Counted from the first letter of the stretch, positions 9,445-17,156 are shown. The stretch: DNA of 32,000 nucleotides from Raphidiopsis brookii D9 (GCA_000175855.1 ACYB01000004.1:111801-143800), one strand, 5' to 3'. Translations and numbers: made by a program. The notes: generated from the letters alone by a model not told the origin.

Positions 9445-10528
9445 AGGGAAGCACGTCTAAAAAATAGTTATTACAGATAGTACAAAACTCCTCAGAATTA
9501 TCGATCAGTGTGCGTTTCGGCAGACCTGCAGCGTCAAGCAAAATCAAGCTTAGTTGAGTACCAATATTCTTTTTATCTTTGCTAAGGGCAGCAAAAAACC
9601 TATCTCGCGGAACCTCAACCGTATGAAATCCTTCAGAATTTTTCATTAATGTGGGATGCATTCGATTAAAGTGATCATCGGAAACATGACCCAATTGCAT
9701 GGCGACGTGATTTGCAAGATCCATCCCTATAGTAACCGCAATTCCATGTGGAACAAAAAAATCAGTTGCAGCTTCTATAGCATGTCCAAAACTGTGACCG
9801 TAATTCATAACGTTGCGCGGACCAGTGTCAAATTCATCTGATTCAATAAAGGTTTTCTTTATTTCAAGCGATCGATTTATAAAATACCGAAGTAGATTAT
9901 GATCAGTTTTTAACTGATCCTGGACTGCGGCAATTTCGTCATAATGACTGGGCCCTGCAATTGCGTGAACTTTCAATATTTCTCCAATTCCCGAGCGAAA
10001 GTCGACTTCCTTAAGAGTTTTCAAGATATCAGGATCGATGGTAATCTGATTCGGTGGGCAATAGGTCCCTAGAATGTTCTTGACAGGTCCCACATTAATT
10101 GAACTTTTTGAGCCTATACAGGAATCAGCCTGGGCCAGGAGAGTTGTAGGATAAAACTCCCACGCCACCCCCCGTAGCAAAGTAGTTGCTAAAAAAGCTG
10201 TGATGTCCTGCGTGATTCCGCCACCAATAGCAATTAGCCGATGATCACGACGCATGGACTGACTGACAAGAGCTTCTACATATCCGGTGAAGCGGTCAAG
10301 AGTCTTTGCTGACTCAGTCGCCTCAATAACCAGTGCCGAACTACCACTAATAATCGGATTAAGAACTTCATGATAAATTGCAACAACGTTAGCATCAATA
10401 ATAAAGTGTCGCTTTTCATGCGATTCCAAAGCTAGAAGATGTAGCGCATTTTGCGCATATCTTACTGTGTAAGAACCACGATGAGACTGAATAACGAGTG
10501 CTTCACACACGAACGAATCCTCCATCAA
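9437..10528 (-). CDS. 3-dehydroquinate-synthase-like enzyme (sugar-phosphate cyclase superfamily)
   Basis: 363 aa with IAIGGGITQDITAFLA, PTTLLAQADSCIGSKSSIN, GIGEILKVHA, NYGHSFGHAIEA and PHGIAVTIGM. These are collinear with AroB nucleotide, substrate and metal (E, H, H) motifs. The genomic context is a glycan locus, not the shikimate pathway. Confidence 0.8.
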   Translation of the reverse strand: MMEDSFVCEALVIQSHRGSYTVRYAQNALHLLALESHEKRHFIIDANVVAIYHEVLNPIISGSSALVIEATESAKTLDRFTGYVEALVSQSMRRDHRLIAIGGGITQDITAFLATTLLRGVAWEFYPTTLLAQADSCIGSKSSINVGPVKNILGTYCPPNQITIDPDILKTLKEVDFRSGIGEILKVHAIAGPSHYDEIAAVQDQLKTDHNLLRYFINRSLEIKKTFIESDEFDTGPRNVMNYGHSFGHAIEAATDFFVPHGIAVTIGMDLANHVAMQLGHVSDDHFNRMHPTLMKNSEGFHTVEVPRDRFFAALSKDKKNIGTQLSLILLDAAGLPKRTLIDNSEEFCTICNNYFLDVLPYG

Positions 10529-11215
10529 TGACTAGCCTCTGACCACTTATGTAAGTGTTTTCTGGACTACACAGCCAGCAAACAAGCGATGCAACTTCCT
10601 CCGCTTGTCCAAGACGACGGGCTGGGATGCGATCTGCTAGGTCGGCTATCCCCTGCGTACCAAGTATACTCCGAGTTAGTTCGGTATCGATGAATCCTGG
10701 TGCCACACAATTAGCCAAAATACCGAACTGAGCAACCTCTGCGGCTAGTGCCGCTGTCATACCGTCTATGGCAAATTTGCTGGTTGAATAGGAGGCCCGA
10801 TGTTCTCTGCTAACAATGCCAAAGATCGAACTTACATTTACTATACGACCCCACCTTTGCTCCAGCATGTATGGAATTACAGCCTGACAAAGCCGAAATG
10901 GTGCACGAACATTAACTAGATGTATCAAGTCAAAGTCTTTAGGTGCTATGTTAGCAAAAGGCGCAACTTTGTTAATACCAGCATTGTTGACAAGAATATC
11001 AAACTTCGATGAACGAATTTTATCAACAAAAGACTCAGTAGCGTGAGTATCAGCAAAGTCCACTGGATAGAAACTCATGCCATCCGGTCTCTTACCACTC
11101 CTGTTTGTTCCTGTTATGGTCACAGAAGCACCTTGAACAAGCAAGCGATCTGCTATTGCAGCACCAATTCCGCGGGTTCCCCCGTCACCAAAGCCTTTCG
11201 ACCACTAAGGTTCAT
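10503..11215 (-). pseudogene. classical SDR oxidoreductase interrupted by a 1-nt frameshift in a C5 (G5 on the coding strand) homopolymer
   Basis: The ATG at 11215 reads MNLSGRKALVTGEPAELVLQ and stops at 11153-11155. Shifting one base after the five-C run (plus strand 11179-11183) reads GTRGIGAAIADRLLVQGASVTITG and runs into track ORF 10503..11144, whose listed M is an internal TTG. One extra G would restore the SDR motif ALVTGGTRGIG. Downstream are LVNNAGI and YSTSK (YxxxK). Confidence 0.7.
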
Positions 11216-11224
11216 ATAAATTAA

Positions 11225-12295
11225 TTATTTATTAGCACTTTTGTCTGGCTGATCTGTAAAGTTCTCGGGGTGCATTATAAATCGTGCATTCCACTCCTTA
11301 TCGGCATGATAAATTTGCTCGACAAGTTCCATTGTTTTGTAAGCATCCCAGGAGGAACCACTTGCAACCGGTTTCTGCTCGACAATGCAATCAACAAAAG
11401 AAGATATTTCGTCTGGCCAGGAATGGTCAATATTAAATCTAGTCATCTGTTCCCTGGGATCCCCACCATCGTTCTCATCTGCATAAACTACGGTGATCGT
11501 TTCTGCACCATAACTACGACTATTTGTGAGGATGCCGGATAGCATGATTGCTCCTCGTCCCAAGGTGATATCAAGCTGAAATCGGTGACGCCACTGTGTG
11601 GCAGATGAGTGAAGCATGGCGACTATTCCGGAATAAGTTCGCATAAGTACGTAGGCATTATCTTCGACATCATGATGCCAGAAATCATTCTTGACGAAGC
11701 TGTAAACATCAGAGAACTCTCCAGCAAATAGTCGCATCATATCTACCATGTGGATGCCCTGGTCAAGAAGGATTCCACCCCCGGCTTTGTCTCTCTGAGT
11801 GCGCCATTCGTTGGTGTCAAAGCGGATAATTTTTGACTTGCCATAGACACCGCGTAAGTCCAGCACCTTCCCCAATTCTCCACTTTGAATAATACGCAGT
11901 GCCTCCTGAACTGAATCGTGGTAACGATGATTGAAACCATACATAAGCCGTTGATCAGGATGGCGTTTTTCACATTCAATTACAGCACGGATGTCATCGA
12001 CATTTCTTCCAGGCGGCTTCTCGCAAAAAACGTGTAGTCCCCGCTCAAGACCAGCTATTGTAACGGTAGGTGCCAGGTAATTTGGTAGACAGACAAATAG
12101 GATGTCTATGGATTCTTTAATCAGACTATCAAAATCAGGGTAAAAACGGACACCATCATCAAACTTGCCTGCTTCCGCAAAGCTCCTGTCACAAACAGCA
12201 ACAACCTCAAGTTTGGGATGAAGGTTGGAATACTTATGGCGAACTTTTCCAATGATCCCATAACCCGCAATACCGACCTTTAACTTACCGCCCAT
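11225..12295 (-). CDS. Gfo/Idh/MocA-family NAD(P)-dependent sugar oxidoreductase
   Basis: 356 aa with N-terminal Rossmann KVGIAGYGIIGK and the family EKP motif (VFCEKPPG). It lies 3 nt downstream of the preceding stop. Confidence 0.85.
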   Translation of the reverse strand: MGGKLKVGIAGYGIIGKVRHKYSNLHPKLEVVAVCDRSFAEAGKFDDGVRFYPDFDSLIKESIDILFVCLPNYLAPTVTIAGLERGLHVFCEKPPGRNVDDIRAVIECEKRHPDQRLMYGFNHRYHDSVQEALRIIQSGELGKVLDLRGVYGKSKIIRFDTNEWRTQRDKAGGGILLDQGIHMVDMMRLFAGEFSDVYSFVKNDFWHHDVEDNAYVLMRTYSGIVAMLHSSATQWRHRFQLDITLGRGAIMLSGILTNSRSYGAETITVVYADENDGGDPREQMTRFNIDHSWPDEISSFVDCIVEQKPVASGSSWDAYKTMELVEQIYHADKEWNARFIMHPENFTDQPDKSANK

Positions 12296-12298
12296 ATC

Positions 12299-13846
12299 TC
12301 AGCACCTTTTTTTCGAAAGTTCTTGATACCAGCCTACAGCCGATTCCAATCCGTCCCGTAATATAGCACAATCAACTCTATAGGAAACAAACCGAAACCC
12401 AGCATCAAGTAGCAGTTCTATATATTTGGGGTCACGCGCAACCGATCCAGCGGCTAAACCGCAGTCTTCAATCAGCTTTACATAGTCGCGCATGATTCGA
12501 AGGACCTTAGTATTTGTAAGGTCACCCGGTACGCCACAGGACTGAGACAGATCATAGACTCCAAGATAGATCATGTCCAAACCCGGGACTTTAGCAATTT
12601 CTGGAATATTGCTAACCCCCTCTACACCCTCAACAAGTATGCCAACAAGCATTTGTTCATTCGCATATTGGAGCTTTTGCGGCAAGTTTTGATCAGAATA
12701 GCCATGGTTTCTTGTAAAGGGTGACAGCCCCCGATCGCCGTCGGGGAAATACTTACATGACTTAACAATGCGCTCGGCTTGGCTCGCTGTTGACACTTGG
12801 GAGACAAGTATAGACTGGGCACCAATTTCCAAAGCATGAAGGATATGAGGCGCGTGATCTTCAGCAAGCCGAATAATCGGTTCAATGCCACCAGACTCCG
12901 CAGCATAAAGTTGGTTCTCAGCCGTCTCGAAACTGGTAGGTCCGTGTTCCAAATCAACAATCACGAAGTCGAGACCAGTTGTTGCTATTACGTTTAGCAC
13001 TGCTGGGGAAGACAGCATAGACCAGGTCCCAAAAACTCGCCCTCCGGATTTTAGGGTCTCTTTAACCTTATTAATTTTCTCACGTGTTTGCTTTCCTGAA
13101 TAGGATGGGTAAAAAGGGTCACTACGCATCGCATTCTCCGCTTCTAATCGATCCGGTTCAGTATCAACTGATACACTTTGGAAGCTAGAATGAATTGCCC
13201 GAACCTTGATGCCATGTTCGACGGCGCGAAGAAGCTCGATAGACTCGACTTTTTCGTAAGGCATCATTTCCATTGATTCAAAGTCAACCAGAAACTTCTT
13301 GCGGAAAGGCATAATCGCTACCTGTTTGAGACGAGGACCAATCTGGCTTCGTGTATTTGAAGGGACAGGACTGCGAGTCATGAATAGTATGTTATCAAAT
13401 TTGTCGACAAGTACCTTGACTTCGTTTGAATCGAGCCACTCGTTTTCATTTGCTTCTGCAACAAGGGTTCCAAGCTGGATATGGGGATCCTTTAATAGGG
13501 GTTCAACTGCGAGGTTGATCATGTCTGGATGAACAAGCGGTTCATCTCCTTGAACCACCACTACAATATCGTCGTCTGCAAGGTTGAGTTGTTTGCATGC
13601 CTCGGCAACACGGAGACCAGGTCTGGAAATATCTGGATGAGTCATCAGAGCCTGAGCTCCAAATTTTTCAACAGTGTCTTTAAGAATTTTGTCGCAGCAT
13701 GCGATGAAAATAGAATCTATGTTCTTGGCTAATAAACAACGCCTGTATACGTGCTCAATCATGGGCATACCTAGTATGTCGCAAAGAGGTTTGCCCGGAA
13801 ATCTAGATGCCCCCATTCGGGCTGGGATACCGACAACTACTTTCAT
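12299..13846 (-). CDS. bifunctional fusion: KdsB-like cytidylyltransferase (N) plus HpcH/HpaI class II pyruvate aldolase (C)
   Basis: 515 aa. Residues ~1-245 are collinear with KdsB along its whole length (GIPARMGASRFPGKPL, VVVVQGDEPLV, ESIELLRAVEHGIKV, SVDTEPD). Residues ~265-515 are collinear with HpaI/HpcH (VIVDLEHGP, conserved Arg in IIRL, metal ligands in ILVEG and LGVYDLS). Confidence 0.8.
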   Translation of the reverse strand: MKVVVGIPARMGASRFPGKPLCDILGMPMIEHVYRRCLLAKNIDSIFIACCDKILKDTVEKFGAQALMTHPDISRPGLRVAEACKQLNLADDDIVVVVQGDEPLVHPDMINLAVEPLLKDPHIQLGTLVAEANENEWLDSNEVKVLVDKFDNILFMTRSPVPSNTRSQIGPRLKQVAIMPFRKKFLVDFESMEMMPYEKVESIELLRAVEHGIKVRAIHSSFQSVSVDTEPDRLEAENAMRSDPFYPSYSGKQTREKINKVKETLKSGGRVFGTWSMLSSPAVLNVIATTGLDFVIVDLEHGPTSFETAENQLYAAESGGIEPIIRLAEDHAPHILHALEIGAQSILVSQVSTASQAERIVKSCKYFPDGDRGLSPFTRNHGYSDQNLPQKLQYANEQMLVGILVEGVEGVSNIPEIAKVPGLDMIYLGVYDLSQSCGVPGDLTNTKVLRIMRDYVKLIEDCGLAAGSVARDPKYIELLLDAGFRFVSYRVDCAILRDGLESAVGWYQELSKKRC

Positions 13847-13848
13847 CT

Positions 13849-14643
13849 TTAGAAACTCCTTCGAATCGGCAATGTCCGTACAAATCGATTGGTCAACTCT
13901 CCTAGCCCGGAAACGCGGGCTGTGTAAATATCGTCATCACCAAGAAAACGCATACCCACGGTATCAGGAGGATTGCCAGTCAGCACTAAGTCCCAAGGAT
14001 TAAGGGTCATCCAGGTCGACAACCAGGAGATAATACGCTGCCACTGCCAGAACTGATCACTTGAACGACCTCTGCGGATTACCTCACCGTTCTGTATTGC
14101 TTCAATCACACAATCGGATGCGTCAAATTCGGTGTCAATCCAGGGACCTACTGCGCAAAATTTATCTGCACACTTGGATCGTGCTAAGTGATGGTCACGG
14201 TGATCAACGTTTTCCACCGTAGTATCATTAGCAATAGTGAAGCCAAGAATGCCTTCGCGAGCTTCGCAGTCGGAAATGTTACGCAGCCTTTTGCCAATTA
14301 CAACTGCTAGTTCGGCTTCGCCCCACCAAGAAAGCCCAGGAAAAGGATTCTCTACTGTATCCCCTGGACCGCAAATGCACGAAGGTGGCTTGACAAATAC
14401 CAAGGGTTCGGACATGGTGGGTGAAAAATGAAGGATGCCAGGAAAGTTGATTGCGACACAAATAATCTTAGCAGGCTGGCACGGAGAGACCAGTCGCAAG
14501 TCCTCAATGCTACCTACCATTTTTCCAGCGTGGGTATTTCCAGATAGAATATCTCCCTCCAACTCAAATACATTACCGTCTTTGACTACACCATTGTGTA
14601 CGCCCCCTGGGGGGTTATGAGTAACGTAACGAACAATTTTCAT
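13849..14643 (-). CDS. fumarylacetoacetate hydrolase (FAH) family protein
   Basis: 264 aa with PLVFVKPPS, GEAELAVVIGK (E-x-E metal pair), IANDTT, AVGPW and LNPWDLVLTGNP. A TAGGAG Shine-Dalgarno sits upstream of the ATG. Confidence 0.8.
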   Translation of the reverse strand: MKIVRYVTHNPPGGVHNGVVKDGNVFELEGDILSGNTHAGKMVGSIEDLRLVSPCQPAKIICVAINFPGILHFSPTMSEPLVFVKPPSCICGPGDTVENPFPGLSWWGEAELAVVIGKRLRNISDCEAREGILGFTIANDTTVENVDHRDHHLARSKCADKFCAVGPWIDTEFDASDCVIEAIQNGEVIRRGRSSDQFWQWQRIISWLSTWMTLNPWDLVLTGNPPDTVGMRFLGDDDIYTARVSGLGELTNRFVRTLPIRRSF

Positions 14644-14691
14644 GTAAAACTCCTATCTATAAAGATTTAGATCAACCGGCAACCAAACGCC

Positions 14692-15297
14692 TCAAGCAAT
14701 TAACCTAGCCTTGGGAATAGGTTTAACCTCTAAATCTTTACCTAAGACCTCACATAACCACTGCATACAGATATGTCCCACAATCAACTGTAAGTCCTCG
14801 GCAATTTGCATATCATTCACCGGAAAGTGAATAGGAATTTGGGCCAAGTCCTTACACCTTCCCCCAGAAAATCCTAAAATAGCACAGGTCACCATACCTA
14901 AATTATTACCTACCTCCAATGCCTTAACTACATTAGGAGAATTACCACTGCCAGATAAAACAATTAGCACGTCACCTATTTCTGCTTTAACTCGTAGTTG
15001 CTGAGCATAAATTTGCTCATAGCCCAAGTCATTAGCCAAACAGGTCAGAATGGCCGAGTTAGCTGCTAATGCCTCTACACGAAGACCTAAACCAGCCTGC
15101 ATCCCTGCACCATAAATCAAGTCATTGGCTAAATGAACCGCATTACCTGCACTTCCTCCGTTACCACAAAGGTAAACGACTTTTCCTTGAAGCCAGGCAT
15201 TTCTTAATGCTTCTCCCAGATTCGGGATCAACTGCATTGCTTGTTGATCCAGTGCATACTTGAGGCTATCAGCATAACTTTGAATATAGTTGTACAT
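14692..15297 (-). CDS. SIS-domain sugar-phosphate isomerase, GmhA (sedoheptulose-7-P isomerase)-like
   Basis: 201 aa, collinear with GmhA-type SIS proteins: LCGNGGSAGNAVHLANDL, VLIVLSGSGNSPNV, AILGFSGG, IAEDLQLIVGH. It is the first gene of operon B. Confidence 0.8.
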   Translation of the reverse strand: MYNYIQSYADSLKYALDQQAMQLIPNLGEALRNAWLQGKVVYLCGNGGSAGNAVHLANDLIYGAGMQAGLGLRVEALAANSAILTCLANDLGYEQIYAQQLRVKAEIGDVLIVLSGSGNSPNVVKALEVGNNLGMVTCAILGFSGGRCKDLAQIPIHFPVNDMQIAEDLQLIVGHICMQWLCEVLGKDLEVKPIPKARLIA

Positions 15298-15532
15298 CTA
15301 TATTGGCAATCCTTATAACAGTCTAATAGTCCTAATCAATCCTAATAGTCTTTTTGAACTTTGTGCCTTATCGTCGATTATGGAATCGGAAAAAGGCGAG
15401 CGCCGTTTTCCACCATTTACTTGTTAATAGAATAACATTGGTTACTTGATTATGTGGGACTAGAATTTTATGTGAGTCAAATTTGTTTTCTAAGCTTGTT
15501 AACACTGTATATACAGGAATAATCTTTGCGCA

Positions 15533-15611
15533 GCTCAACTACTGGGTAGCGAGTTGGGGGGAAGGAACCGAGATCCACTAGACCATCAAAGCTCAGCTTC
15601 TCAATATAAAA
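15533..15611. repeat. conserved upstream element, module A, copy 1
   Basis: gctcaactactgggtagcgagttggggggaaggaaccgagatccactagaccatcaaagctcagcttctcaatataaaa matches copy 2 (26944-27022) at 72 of 79 positions, counted by hand. It lies 236 nt upstream of the SIS gene start. Confidence 0.85.
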
Positions 15612-15686
15612 TGAGTTATTATTTTATTATTCAGTTTTTTGATTTGCCAAACCCAATGTTATTTTATGGATTATTACATCTTCTAA

Positions 15687-15768
15687 CATGAAACCAGGTG
15701 AGATGCAACACTTAATTTACAATAAAATTTCTAGTCCTTTTTTTTACAAGTTTATACAAGCATGGATG
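15687..15768. repeat. conserved upstream element, module B, copy 1
   Basis: catgaaacc...gatgcaacacttaatt...tttttttac..tttata is shared with 29107-29189 and, in shorter form, with 27100-27140. The atgcaacac core lies 91 nt after the end of module A. Confidence 0.7.
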
Positions 15769-15802
15769 TAACATCCAGGTCATCGCCTTTAGGTAGTGAG
15801 GT

Positions 15803-15842
15803 AAAAAGGCGATCTCGCGAGTGCGAGTACTTCGCGATCGCC
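15803..15842 (-). terminator. rho-independent terminator closing operon A
   Basis: The minus strand reads GGCGATCGCGAAGTACTCGCACTCGCGAGATCGCC followed by TTTTTA. The outer stem is GGCGATC/GATCGCC, with further inner pairs. It starts 61 nt after the stop of the 400-aa gene at 15903. Confidence 0.65.
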
Positions 15843-15902
15843 TGTCGAAAAACCTTTTGCCTCAAATAAAGGTTCTAATTATTGTGTCAGATGCTTGATG
15901 GT

Positions 15903-17105
15903 CTACTTTAAAGACCTTGCATAATCCGCAAATATATCCCAGCAAGTTTTTTCAGGAGCTAGGGGACTTTTAATATAAGAATCAAGGTATAGTTTATATG
16001 CTTGTTGATTTACTTCCAATTCAGCTTGCCAGTCAATATTCCCAGGGTCGTCGAGATTAATTTGCCCTTTGCCAAGACTATGAGCTATGGCATTATATTG
16101 TTGCTTTAAGGGGTATTGAGCGTAATTTTCAATACAGTTCAGAGTAATAAATAGTATTGGCTTACGGTAAATAACTGCAAAGCTAACGGATGTACTTCCA
16201 TGAGTGATCACACATTTTGAATTTTTCACAAGATCTTGTGTCGCACCGCGTACAACCCTCCTGCCATCAAAATAGTCGGGGTGGCTTTCATAGTGAGATC
16301 TGGGATGGGCTGCTATTACAACCCTACTGTCAAAGACATTCTCCAATTTTTCAAAAAACTCGACTAATTTCGGGTAATATTGTTGGTGATCACATGGTGC
16401 AGTAACCCCCATATGCAAATAGTCTGAATGGAAAGGAAGATATTCATCTAGAAAGACAATATTACCTTTGTATTGACTGTCAATATTGGAGTCTCCCTGT
16501 TCATTTTGAAGATACAAGTCATAGTCAAATGTACAACCGTGAATCACATTAGTGATTTTGCCAATTGGCTTTCTTCCTCCTGACTTCTCCCCTGCTAGAA
16601 TTAGGAAATTCATTGGTTTAATACCCAATAGTTTTGCGGGAAGCTTACTAAAAATACCTCTAGTTAAAGACGAGGGATCTCTAAAAAGTTTTAACACAAT
16701 CCTTGATATCAGATAGTCAAGTTTTCTTTTCGTGTGTTCCAAACCAAATGCAGAGGGTAAAGTCCCCGATGCAATAGAACCGTACACTAGATTCCTGGAT
16801 GAGATGGCCTTATAAATTTCCCAAGTTCTAATTTGGTAAGACACAAAAGTAACTATCAATGTTTTTTGGTAGTTTAGCTTTTCTATAGACTCTATCAGAG
16901 AATTTTTGCTGTAGAAAAGTCTCAACCCATCAAAAGTAAAACTATCGGGAGGAATGTACTTCTCTGAAACAATTGGATTTAGAAAGGGGGTAAGATCCCA
17001 AAACTCAACATCGAAACCACTTTTAATTAAAGTCTCACTTCCAAACCTTTTGTAATCCCTTTTATTAAATGGAGATTCTATTAAAAAAATAATGTTTTTG
17101 ATCAT
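15903..17105 (-). CDS. uncharacterised 400-aa protein, candidate nonulosonic-acid/glycosyl transferase
   Basis: Last gene of operon A, directly after the CMP-transferase gene. It has no named-family motif. The C-terminal half (RVVIAAHPRSHY ... CVITHGSTSVSFAVIYRKPILFI) has the x-HP plus G-S/T pattern of GT-B-type nucleotide-sugar binding domains. Confidence 0.45.
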   Translation of the reverse strand: MIKNIIFLIESPFNKRDYKRFGSETLIKSGFDVEFWDLTPFLNPIVSEKYIPPDSFTFDGLRLFYSKNSLIESIEKLNYQKTLIVTFVSYQIRTWEIYKAISSRNLVYGSIASGTLPSAFGLEHTKRKLDYLISRIVLKLFRDPSSLTRGIFSKLPAKLLGIKPMNFLILAGEKSGGRKPIGKITNVIHGCTFDYDLYLQNEQGDSNIDSQYKGNIVFLDEYLPFHSDYLHMGVTAPCDHQQYYPKLVEFFEKLENVFDSRVVIAAHPRSHYESHPDYFDGRRVVRGATQDLVKNSKCVITHGSTSVSFAVIYRKPILFITLNCIENYAQYPLKQQYNAIAHSLGKGQINLDDPGNIDWQAELEVNQQAYKLYLDSYIKSPLAPEKTCWDIFADYARSLK

Positions 17106-17156
17106 AACAAAGTTATAAAATACAAAGTTATAAAATCTCGGAAATAATCGGCGATT

